Shown: positions 1-11,150 of the stretch, in pieces
How the letters are laid out: each line of letters starts with the position of its first letter
How positions within the stretch are numbered: position 1 is the first letter of the stretch
DNA from: Octopus vulgaris
Taxonomy: Eukaryota
NCBI GenBank assembly: GCA_951406725.2
Contig: OX597819.1
Coordinates: 94,178,001 to 94,242,000 of the forward strand
Length of the DNA stretch: 64,000 nucleotides
Direction of reading: 5' to 3'
The notes under the pieces: generated by a model
What the model saw: only the letters and a program-made list of their open reading frames with translations
Database searches by the model: none
Told to the model about the DNA's origin: nothing
Made by a program: the position numbers and the translations under genes

Positions 1-129
1 ACATGGTTCCGGGTTCAGTTCCACTGCGTGGTACCTTGGGCAAGTGTCTTCTACTACAGCCTCAGGCCAACAAAAGCCTTGTGAGTGGATTTGGTAGACA
101 GAAACTGAAAGAAGCCCATCGTATATATG

Positions 130-166
<37 letters not shown>

Positions 167-396
167 TCGTATGTGTGTTTGTGTGTCTGTGTTTGTTCCC
201 TCAACGTCGTTTGACAACCGATGCTGGTGTGTTTGCATCCCCGTAACTTAGCGGTTCGGCAAAAGAGACTGATAGAATAAGTACTAGGCTTACAAAGAAT
301 AAGTCCTGGGGTAGATTTTCTTGACAAAATGGCGGTGCTCCAGCATGGCCACAATCAAAAGACTGAAACAAGTAAAAGAGTAAAAGAGTAAAGAGT
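1..396 (+). mobile_element. tRNA-derived SINE, family A (cut at window edge)
   Basis: Near-identical to copies at 3509, 4281 and 25223. B-box-like GGTTCAGTTCC, internal (TA)/(TG) tract, tail ...CCAGCATGGCC...GACTGAAACAAGTAAAAGAGTAAAAGAG. Confidence 0.9.
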
Positions 397-410
397 ATAT
401 ATATATATAC

Positions 411-466
<56 letters not shown>

Positions 467-468
467 TA

Positions 469-705
469 TTTTTTTTTTTTTTTTTTTTTTTTTTGTACTT
501 GTTTCAGTCATTTTGACTGCGGCCATGCTGGAGCACCACCTTTAGAGTGGTGAAAGAGTACAGCAGGGATCACCACCTCCTGCCGGAGCCTCGTGGAGCT
601 TTTAGGTGTTTTTTTGCTCAATAAACACACACAACGCCCGGTCTGGGAATCGAAACCGCGATCCTCCGACCGCAAGTCCGCTGCCCTAACCACTAGGCCA
701 TTGCC
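469..705 (-). mobile_element. chimeric SINE: different tRNA-like head joined to family A 3' tail and poly(A)
   Basis: Minus strand reads GGCAATGGCCTAGTGGTTAGGGCAGCGG...GGTTTCGATTCCC (A/B boxes), then CTAAAGGTGGTGCTCCAGCATGGCCGCAGTCAAAATGACTGAAACAAGTA and poly(A) (T run 469-494). Confidence 0.8.
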
Positions 706-739
706 ATATATATATATATATGATAGACTCTCCTATCGA

Positions 740-1020
740 AGATGTCATATAAACATTCAGCCTTTTGCTAAATAACCTGTACAAATGATTTGTTTATGGT
801 GATCGGATGTTCGTGCCATACATTAGCCCACTCCCTCCATCAAATCGATGTTGCCTGAACAGGTGCATGATGTACCACATGTCAGGTGTTAAAGTGATTA
901 CAGAACAATGTGAGATGAAGCGTTTTGCTCAAAAACTCAATGCACCATTTAGTCTAGGAATTGAAACCATGATCAGTAGATTGTGAGTGCAACATCCTAA
1001 CCACTAGGCTATGCACTTTC
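740..1020 (-). mobile_element. decayed tRNA-derived SINE, family E
   Basis: Minus-strand head GCATAGCCTAGTGGTTAGGATGTTGCACTCAC...GGTTTCAATTCC, similar to 50570-50710. Confidence 0.65.
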
Positions 1021-1224
1021 ACATTTATACACACACACACACACACTTAATGTCTTATTCCAGTTTCTGTCAACTAAATTCGTTCACAAAGCTTTGGTGG
1101 GCTTGAGGCTAAAGTAGAAGATACTCAAGATGCCATGCAGTATGCTGGTCATATCTGGAATGTCTTTGATCATAGGTCCCAGTTCATCTCAGGGTTAAAC
1201 AAGAAACACTTTTATTTTTGCTCC

Positions 1225-1404
1225 TGTTTAATGTTCTTGATACCAACCTGATTCTACAATACAAACTTGATACAAATCATGTTGATTTATCTTCTAAAAC
1301 TAGCTTTAGAATGGATATTTTATTTTATTTTTTTCAGTATTTTCAAAATTTAATGAAAAGTAAAGCATTGTATTTCAACAGAAATATAGTAAGAAAAGGG
1401 TTAA
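1225..1404. mobile_element. TTAA-ended (piggyBac-like) MITE, decayed
   Basis: Ends in AAAAGGGTTAA and resembles the reverse complement of 24650-24878. Confidence 0.4.
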
Positions 1405-1805
1405 TTCAACCATAATATATTTGGAATGTTTCTAATTAAGGAAAACTTTTGATATATATATATTCTGAGCATTTTATAATCCTTTTCAGGGAATTCTCTA
1501 TCAAGACATTTGCTTTTCATCCATTTGTTGGAAAAAGTATTTCTTTTGAAAATTCATAATTCGTTTCTTTGTCATATTTTGTCTGTTCACTCTATAACAC
1601 TTGACTAAAAACAATAAGAATCTGTTCGTTAAAAATCAATCATTGAAATATTCTAATGGATTATTCTACAAATGGAACATACTAAGAATATTCCATATTC
1701 TTAAAGACACTCACACATATATATATATATATATATATATGATTATATGCATTATGTAGGTATATATATACATATACATATATATATATGTGTGTGTATG
1801 TATGC

Positions 1806-1850
<45 letters not shown>

Positions 1851-2034
1851 TACATATATATCTATGTAGAAGAGGGTATGTGTTTGTGTACATGTATGTA
1901 TGTGTGTTATAAACTAAATTTTGTTTTGATTTAATCTCTATTTACCAAAGTGCAGTTCTTTCACCAATATGTTTTATGTGTATGTATGTATGTGTGTGTA
2001 TATATATATATGTGTATGTATATATATGTATATA

Positions 2035-2065
<31 letters not shown>

Positions 2066-2614
2066 TCAATGAAATTATATTCTTATAGCATTCAATGCTT
2101 AATGGTATACAAGATTTTCATACATTACAAAAACATCCAATTTGCCTACAAGTACACATACTATTTATTTGAGGGGTATATATGTGTGTGAATATGTACA
2201 TGTGTGTGAAGTTTCAAGTATGAATATATAATACGTGTACGTGTGTGTGTGTGCATTATATTATGTATATATTTATATGTTTATAAGTACATATAAATAC
2301 ACATGTATGCACAGATATAACCTCATTATCAGTCTCATATGTAAGTATTTATGCTATTTGTATATGTGTATCATACGTACGTGCACAAATAGCAATGTTA
2401 ATATATTGTAAAACTATATGTATGAGTATACATAGACACATGTATATATAAAACATCCCATTTCAAAAAACAATTTATCCTACATCATCTTTTTTATTTG
2501 AGAAAAATATATCTAAACAAACATAAATTAAATAAAAATATATGTTGCAATTGATTTTGCAGACAAGCATACTTCTCTGATTCTAGTTTAATATTAAAAG
2601 ATTTTTTGCATTTC

Positions 2615-2680
<66 letters not shown>

Positions 2681-3508
2681 TCTAGCAGGCTAAGTGTTGC
2701 TTCATAATTTCTTTGTGCAAGTAAAAATATCTGTCACATTGGAAATTCTCAACGGACAACACTGAATGTTTTCACTCAATGGCATCTTTTGAATGTTGCT
2801 TTGTGATGCAAGAATTTCAAATATTTCATAAATAAAATCACACACATTCATACACTCAAACACATATATATATATATATATACAGACAAGGACATACATG
2901 GAAACACATGCATGCACACACATACACAGACTCATGCACCCGTGCACATATGTACATGTATGCACCCACAATTACCTGAACATACAGTGTGAACAAGCAT
3001 GTAGAAACTCTCCCATTGGTTAACAGGAAGGGGGCTATCTTATTCAGCTATTACAGAATTATGACTGGATCTTAAAACAACAGTGCAACCATTTATAAGG
3101 GGATGTGTTGTAATATATTTTGACTTTACCAAGGCCTTCCACAAAGTTGATCACTAAATGGTATGTCTCAAAGTGCTTAACTTGGGTATCATTAGAAAAC
3201 TAGAAGAGTGACTGCATCACTATCGTATTGTTGCAAATATTGGTTCTCTCTCTCTGAGGAGACATCAACCCTAAGTGAATTCCCCAGGTAACTGAACTGG
3301 GGCAATTACTATTTGTGGTGTCATCCTCAGACATGCTATCAGCCATGCAGCCAGTCACTCTCACAAGCCTTGCTGATGATACAAAAGCATCACAGGAAGT
3401 CATAAACCCTGATGATAATTCAAAACACAGAAAGACATGAACACAATATAAATACATATATAAATATATGTATTTATATGTACTTATCATAAACATATAA
3501 ATAAAAAA

Positions 3509-3910
3509 GGCATAGGAGTGGCTGTGTGGTAAGTAGCTTGCTTACCAACCACATGGTTCCGGGTTCAGTCCCACTGCGTGGCACCTTGGGCAAGTGTCTT
3601 CTACTATAGCCTCGGGCCGACCAAAGCCTTGTGAGTGGATTTGGTAGATGGAAACTGAAAGAAGCCTGTCGTATATATGCATATATACATGCGTGTGTGT
3701 GTTTGTGTGTCTGTGTTTGTCCCCCTAGCATTGTTTGACAACCGATGCTGGTGTGTTTATGTCCCCGTTACTTAGCAGTTCAGCAAAAGAGACCGATAGA
3801 ATAAGTACTGTGCTTACAAAAGAATAAGTCCCAGGGTCGAGTTGCTCGATTAAAGGCTGTGCTCCAGCATGGCCGCAGTCAAATGACTGAAACAAGTAAA
3901 AAAAAAAAAA
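3509..3910 (+). mobile_element. SINE family A, full length
   Basis: Head GGCATAGGAGTGGCTGTGTGGTAAG (A box) and GGTTCAGTCCC (B box), ending GACTGAAACAAGT plus poly(A). Confidence 0.92.
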
Positions 3911-3926
3911 TATATACATAATATGA

Positions 3927-3958
<32 letters not shown>

Positions 3959-4145
3959 AACGTATTATATATTCATATATGAAGCTTCATACACATGTAC
4001 ATATAAAAGAGAGATGAAGAGAACAATATGCAATTAAACACGGAGAAATTTCAAGCACTCTATTATCAGCCCACAAACAGCAGTCAAGATAGGCAAGACC
4101 TGGAAATTCACAAGGTTAATGATTTCATATTGTAGCAAACACTTT

Positions 4146-4196
<51 letters not shown>

Positions 4197-4280
4197 GAGA
4201 TATCAACCCTAAGTGAACTCCCTCAGGTAATTGAACTGGGACATATTATTAAAATTGTAACAAAATTGTAACTGGACATC

Positions 4281-4655
4281 GGCACAGGAGTGGCTGTGTG
4301 GTAAGTAGCTTGCCTACCAACCACATGGTTCTGGGTTCAGTCCCACTGCGTGGCATCTTGGGCAAGTGTCTTCTACTATAGCCTCAGGCCGACCAATGCC
4401 TTGTGAGTGGATTTGGTAGACGGAAACTGAAAGAAGCCTGTCATATATATGTATATATATGTATGTATGTGTATATATATGTTTGTATGCTGGCGTGTTT
4501 ATGCCCCCGTCACTTAGCGGTTCGGCAAAAGAGACCGATAGAATAAGTACTGAGCTTACAAAGAATAAGTCCCGGGGTTGATTTGCTCGACTAAAGGCGG
4601 TGCTCCAGCAAGGCCGCAGTCAAATGACTGAAACAAGTAAAAGAGTAAAAGAGTA
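4281..4655 (+). mobile_element. SINE family A
   Basis: Same head and tail as the 3509 copy, with a small internal deletion and an (AAAAGAGT)n tail. Confidence 0.92.
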
Positions 4656-5481
4656 ATGTGCAGGCAACAGACTGATTAAATTCTTAGATTATTCAGAACA
4701 TGGAGAAAGGAAACCATGTTGATCATATGGGAGAATATTTGTTCTCAGTCACTAGAGTTACCTCTCCTAATTATGGTTGCTACAAAGTGTCAAACTAACA
4801 GTGAATCTCAGGGTAATCTAATGCCATTACACCAAGAATATTACCTCAGTGCAACAAATGAACTACTGAAAGAGGTTAAGAGAACTGAAAGAGATTGGAA
4901 GCCATAGTAGGACCTGAACTGGACATCATTGCATAGTATTAAAGATCTCGCCATCTCCATATAGAGAAGTGCTCCAATATTGTAATACTTTAGGCTTCAA
5001 GGATCTATAGTTTTTTCAATACCTTACCAACAATCTTCAGAGACATACAAGGCATAGATGTGGATGTGCTCAAAGAGCATTTGGACAAATTTTTAGCTGA
5101 GATACCTTATGAACTCACAAATGCAAACAGTGGCAACTTTGTCCACTGCTTCACCAAAACCGAAATATAGTAGTGGGGGAGAGGCAGGAAACAAATAGCA
5201 ATACTAACAATGGCAGTACCCCAGCATGGCCACAACTTCTGGCTGAAACCAGTGAAAAAACTAAAAATACATGCATACACGCACGCACATACACAGACAC
5301 ACATACAGACACACACACTCACACACAAACACACACACACATATATGTGTGTGTGTGTATGTATATACATACATTTATGCAAATATGACTGAAACAAGTA
5401 AAAGAAAAAATAAAAGAAATATATACATATATATAAATATATATATATATATGCATATATATAAATATACATATATGTGTG

Positions 5482-5523
<42 letters not shown>

Positions 5524-5702
5524 TATATATATAACTCCAAGAAAGTTAGAGGTTGTGAATCCAACTCACTATGGGATAATATCTAGCCAATATACTGCTG
5601 GTAGAATACCCAGTTATTAATACACAAGTGTTTTTTATTGCATTGCAATTACATTACTTCGTGTACTAAATGGGTGAAGGTAAAGAGATATTTTCCAATT
5701 AA

Positions 5703-6500
5703 TTTATATAGCAAATAAGAAAATGGAGAAGAATAATAGGTGGTTCAACAACTTATAGACATTTAATTATGTTAACTTATTTATTTATTAAACTGATAAT
5801 TACAATTACATACATATAGAATATTATTCTTTACATATAAGATATAAGATATAAAATATAGTAATTTATAAGGATACCAGTAATTATTATAAAAAAACAT
5901 GAATATAAATTGGTAAAATAACTTACAGCTGTTTCAGCCAATAGATAAACATACCTCGTTCTATCTTTATTACTCAAGTGGATTGAGGTAACAGGTAGAT
6001 GAACATGAGGTACTTGTATATATCTCTAGGCTTCGTCAGAGATTATAAAGTGCAAATGTTAAGTTATAATAAATATAAATATGAAATAAACAAAATACAC
6101 ACATATTTGAATATATTCTGTCTATCGCTATACGAATCCATCATTTTTTGCTAAAATGTCGTATTGACAAGTTTCGTTTTTTCACTTTCCCGAAGAGAAG
6201 ATTGCATTGTTTATACCTTTTATTCTTTTGAATAAGTATCAGTGGAATTTTTGAAACATATGTAGAAAGTAAAAATACTTGTTTAAACCTGCGTTAACTC
6301 CATTTTTTATTCATATATATATATATATATATATTCATAAATATACATACATATCTACATCCATAAGCATATATAATATTCAGTTATTACTAATATTGTT
6401 AATATTAGATGTATTCTCTTATTCACAATAGATAGTATATAGAATAAATTGATGAACCACCTATTATTCTCCTCCATTTTCTTATTTATTATATATTATA
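5703..6500. mobile_element. inverted-repeat element, probably Penelope-derived, containing a hammerhead motif
   Basis: AAATAAGAAAATGGAGAAGAATAATAGGTGGTTC (~5712-5745) is mirrored by GAACCACCTATTATTCTCCTCCATTTTCTTATTT (~6454-6487). Confidence 0.6.
5918..6046 (-). ncRNA. type I hammerhead ribozyme motif, intact core, long stem II
   Basis: Minus strand: AUAAUCU-CUGACGA-AGCC...GGCU-GAAA-CAGCUG-UA-AGUUAU. Stems I and II pair and stem III is the palindrome ACAGCUGU. Confidence 0.7.
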
Positions 6501-6595
6501 AGTTAGACATGGCCTGGGCCAGTAATGGCCGAAACCTATCAAAGTATCAAAGTATCAAAGTACATATACATATATATTTATACATATATACATAC

Positions 6596-6626
<31 letters not shown>

Positions 6627-6634
6627 CATATACA

Positions 6635-6726
<92 letters not shown>

Positions 6727-7057
6727 TACACATATGCATATATGCATATATATATATATATATATATATGTTTGTTCATAGTTTGTGAAGGTTTTTTAAG
6801 AAACTTAACTTCATTATTTTACTGCAATTATTCTTTGCTTTGTTTCTCTATTTTTGAGGAAACCTTTGATCATTTCCTTTTTCAACATTTGCATTTTCTC
6901 TTATTCTTTGTCCATTTTCTCTTCTATTTTATTTTTAATTATTACTCTAATAATTCTTTCATTTTTATAGACTTATTATCTATTCAATAATAATTATTAT
7001 ATATATTATATAAGTATATATCCATATACATACATATATCTATATACATACATATAC

Positions 7058-7111
<54 letters not shown>

Positions 7112-7126
7112 GTATGTATATATATA

Positions 7127-7164
<38 letters not shown>

Positions 7165-7170
7165 CATACA

Positions 7171-7277
7171 CACGAGGGGTGTATGAAAAATTTTCAGCCT
7201 TGAAGTCTTGTACCGTCATCAGAAATCTTGTACCATGTTTTGTGTTTTTGAGGCTCAAGACTTTTCATATACACTCT

Positions 7278-7280
<3 letters not shown>
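7171..7280. mobile_element. ~110-bp mariner-type MITE
   Basis: Imperfect ~30-bp TIRs CACGAGGGGTGTATGAAAAATTTTCAGCCT / AGGCTCAAGACTTTTCATATACACTCTGTA inside a TA-rich tract. Confidence 0.6.
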
Positions 7281-7334
<54 letters not shown>

Positions 7335-7339
<5 letters not shown>

Positions 7340-7660
7340 AGAAGTTTGAAAGCGCCACTATATAAGATAAATTTTAATTTTCTTTAGAAATTTTACATGT
7401 TTCGGTTCTTCTTGAAAAAACAAACCTTTTCAAAAATATTTTAAAAAGTTAAGTGTAATAAAAAAGTTCATAATTGTTTTTTATTGGTCTCAACAGAATC
7501 CACGTGGTGGTTTTTTGTGGGGAGTAAGCATAATAGCTGACTTATGTGTTCGAATAGAACTAAGGTAATGGTCAGTGGCTGAAATGGCAGTAGCCATGTA
7601 AAATTTCTAATAAAATTAAAATTTATCTTATATAGTGGCGTTTTCAAACTTCTTTTTTAT
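7335..7660. repeat. inverted-repeat element with ~65-bp arms and decayed hammerhead core
   Basis: AAAAAAGAAGTTTGAAAGCGCCACTATATAAGATAAATTTTAATTT...CATG is mirrored at 7596-7658. Minus strand has UUGAAAA-GGUU...AACC-GAAA-CAUG-UA. Confidence 0.7.
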
Positions 7661-7980
7661 AAATACATACCCACTCATATACGACCTACACTTATTATAT
7701 ATGTTTGTATTCATATCAAGTTGCAGTAAAGACAATTTTACATTAAACTGAAGAAGGATTACTCAATATTTGTAAAGGACATGTTTCTTATGCTTGTACA
7801 AGGAGTGTTGTAGCAGTCACTTCAAAGTTTCTGCCTGCTAACCTTCATCAGAAGTGTCTGATGAAGACTGGCAGGTTGAAACATCAAACTTACAGACACC
7901 ATTCATCTTGTAAAAGTACGATAAATAAATAAATGGATATATATTCATATATTTATTCATTTATTATACTTTTACATATA

Positions 7981-8293
7981 TCATCATCATCATCATCATC
8001 ATCATCATTTAGCGTCCGCTTTCCATGCTAGCATGGGTTGGACGGTTCAACTGGGGTCTGTGAAGCCAGAAGGCTGTATCAGGCCCAGTCTGATCAGGCA
8101 TTGTTTCTACGGCTGGATGCCCTTCCTAATGCCAACCACTCCATGAGTGTAGTGGGTGCTTTTTACGTGCCACCCACACAGGTGCCAGACGGAGCTGGCA
8201 AACGTCCACGGATGGATGGTGCTTTTTACGTGCCACCAGCACGGGGCCAGGCGAGGCTGGCAATGGCCATGATCGGATGGTGCTTTTTACGTG

Positions 8294-8296
<3 letters not shown>
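7981..8296 (-). mobile_element. SINE family B, (GAT)n tail, internal tandem unit
   Basis: Plus strand (CAT)n-TTTAGCGTCCGCTTTCCATGCTAGCATGGGTTGGAC...GGATGCCCTTCCTAA, with repeated GGTGCTTTTTACGTGCCACC units. Confidence 0.85.
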
Positions 8297-8347
<51 letters not shown>

Positions 8348-8365
8348 TTAGCACATGCTTTTTGC

Positions 8366-8396
<31 letters not shown>

Positions 8397-8842
8397 TGCA
8401 TGCACATAAACATATATACTTATAATGCATTGTATTTCTACTGATTCAATTAACTTTCAGAGTAATGTAAGTATTTATAAATGTTATGTTTAAAATTTTA
8501 CTGCATGTATATATATATATTAAAGGGTATATGTATATATAATTATATTATATATATATTATACAGATTATGTATATACATATTATGAACATTTTTTTAT
8601 TTTGTATTGATATGTCATGTTTTAAATAAAATTGGCAAAATATATATATTATACAAAATGTCTATTTTACCATATATGAATATGATACATACATATTTAT
8701 ATATATATATATATACAATAAATATGTATAGATATCATATGCATGTTGGGAAAAAATATGTTATTTTTTATATTATTCATATGCACACATATATGTATGT
8801 ATATACATATATATATATACATATGTACATACATATATAAAC

Positions 8843-8940
<98 letters not shown>

Positions 8941-9537
8941 ATTTATATATTTACACACATGTGTGTATGTGTGTGTGGGTACGTGTGTGTCTGTGTGTAT
9001 TTCTACATCTTTTCTGCATTCCTTCTTTTTCTTAGCCTGGAATATTATCCTATTTATTGGTTACTTTCTAATTTTTTTTTTTCATATCATTCAGTATTTG
9101 CAAGCTCTTTCTTTTTCCTTCTTTCATTATAATATTCTTTCATCTTTTTCTTCCCTTTGCTTGCTATTTGTTATTGAGCCATGTTGACTTCAAGTATTGT
9201 TTATTGATACCAACTTTGTCTACATCCTTTGATCAAACAACTCAAATTAAACAAACATCCAAATTTTATTTCCTCCATATGTGTATGTATGTATACATGC
9301 ATCTAAAAGTGTCTATCCATAAATGCATGTGTTGATACATATGTATAGGATATATGTAATGTACATATGTAATGTGTGTGCTATATGTTATATCATTTCC
9401 TGTTATATTATTAATTTGGATATGCTTTCAAGTTTATTTTGACTTAGTACTCCTAATTTATAGCAAAATGTACCTAGGAACACAATTCAAACACATGCAC
9501 ACATACACACAACACACACAACATATACATGCACACA

Positions 9538-9616
<79 letters not shown>

Positions 9617-10258
9617 ATGTTTGTGTGTGTGTGTATGATGTACAGATATAGATAGATAAATTGATGAGGATGATTATGAAATAAGAGAAGACATATAATC
9701 TTTACTACTTCAGGCACAACGCTCAAAATTTTGGGGGAGGTATCTAGTCAATCAGATCGACTCCAGCATGCAACTGGTACTTAATTTATTAGCCCTAGAG
9801 AAGATATATGATATATATATATAACAGCAGTCTTCATCTTGCTCTCACTCCCTCTTTCTCTCTTTCTCACTCTTACTCTCTCTCTCTCTCTCTCTGTCAA
9901 TCTATCTTTCTCTTTCTCTGTCAGTCTCTCTCTCACCTTCTTGCTCTGCCTCTCTCACTATATATATAGAGAAAGACACACACACAGAAAGTAATAAGGA
10001 GAGACAGAACAACAGACAAAGAAAGGGTAACAAAAGAGAAAGTGCAACAGACAGACAGAGAGGGAAGAGAGAGAGACAGGGATTCAAAGCTCTTTGTTAC
10101 AAATCTTCTTGGTAGATTATGTTTGTAATTTAAAAGATATGGTTTTGTCTCACACTAATTCCAAGACTCACTTACACATTAATTACATATTTTTATATAT
10201 TAAATATATGTATAAACATTCGTATCTATCTACATATATGTGTGTGTGTGCATGTGTG

Positions 10259-10288
<30 letters not shown>

Positions 10289-10289
<1 letters not shown>

Positions 10290-10735
10290 CATCATCATCA
10301 TCATCATCGTTTAACGTCCACTTTCCATGCTAGCATGGGTTGGACAGTTCAACTGGGGTCTGGGAAGCCAGAAGGCTGCACCAGGCCCAGTCTGATCTGG
10401 CAGTGTTTCTACAGCTGGATGCCCTTCCTAACGCCAACCACTCCGTGAGTGTAGTGGGTGCTTTTTATGTGCCACCCGCACAGGTGCCAGACGGAGCTGG
10501 CAAACGTCCATGGATGGATGGTGCTTTTTACGTGCCACTGGCACGGAGGCCAGACGAGGCTGGCACGGAGGCCAGACGAGGCTGGCACGGCCACGATCAG
10601 ATGGTGTTTGTTACGTGCCACCAGCACGGAGGCCAGTCGATGCGGTACTGGCTACAGCCATGTTCGGATAGTTTTCTTATGTGCCACCGGCACTGGTACC
10701 ACAAAACTACAAATTCCATTGATGTTCATCGATTT
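10289..10735 (-). mobile_element. SINE family B
   Basis: Near-identical to the 7981 copy, with more internal tandem units. Confidence 0.85.
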
Positions 10736-10892
10736 TGATCTGATTCTTTGATTTTTGATTTTTTGATTGTGCTAATAAAATACCAAAAAAATTATAGGTG
10801 TATTACATACTGAGGAAAGATATAATTTCCTATAGCCAAAATATATATATATATATATATATACACACATGTGTGTTTGTATGTGTGTGAGT

Positions 10893-11150
10893 CATCATCA
10901 TCATCGTCGTTGTTTAACCTCCTCTTTCCATGCTGGCACAGGCTGGCTGGTTTGACTGAGGACTGATGAGCCATACTCAATCTGATCTGGCAAAGTTTCT
11001 ACAGCTGGATGTCCTTCCTAATGCCAACCACTCTGAGAGTGTAGTGGGTGCTTTTACATGCCATTGGCACGAGGGCCGGTCAGTGGTTCTGGCAACGACC
11101 ATGCTCAAAAGGTGTTTTTTACATGCTACCTGCACGGGAGTCAATGCACA
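10893..11150 (-). mobile_element. SINE family B, diverged
   Basis: (CAT)n...CCATGCTGGCA...GTTTCTACAGCTGGATGTCCTTCCTAATGCCAACCAC. Confidence 0.75.

Larger units (their letters stand above)
3100..5265 (+). mobile_element. decayed CR1-type LINE (RT to 3' end), interrupted by two family A SINEs
   Basis: Frameshifted translations: IYFDFTKAFHKVDH (~3113), a degenerate PQG..LG.LLF, LADDTK (~3370), NNMQLNTEKFQAL (~4022), and FNTLPTILRDIQGIDVDVLKEHLDKFLAEIP (~5014-5107), a CR1-like C-terminus. Confidence 0.8.

Noticed and set aside
630-705. Possible tRNA gene
   Set aside because: A tRNA-like SINE head continuing into SINE body, with no complete acceptor stem or terminator evident.
6505-6545. GGCC-AGUAAU-GGCC-GAAAC, half of a hammerhead
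   Set aside because: No CUGANGA box upstream; at best a fragment.
6449-7349. ORFs rich in YIYI/VCVC/THTH here and throughout the window
   Set aside because: They are translations of (TA)n, (TG)n and (TATG)n microsatellites.
8038-8346. Repeated similar ORFs (LDALPNANHS..., GYSRRHLPK...) resembling a gene family
   Set aside because: They are translations of SINE families A and B, with frames inconsistent between copies.
10450-10700. CRISPR-like repeat-spacer pattern
   Set aside because: Eukaryotic context, degenerate repeats, related spacers and no cas genes; it is an internal SINE tandem unit.
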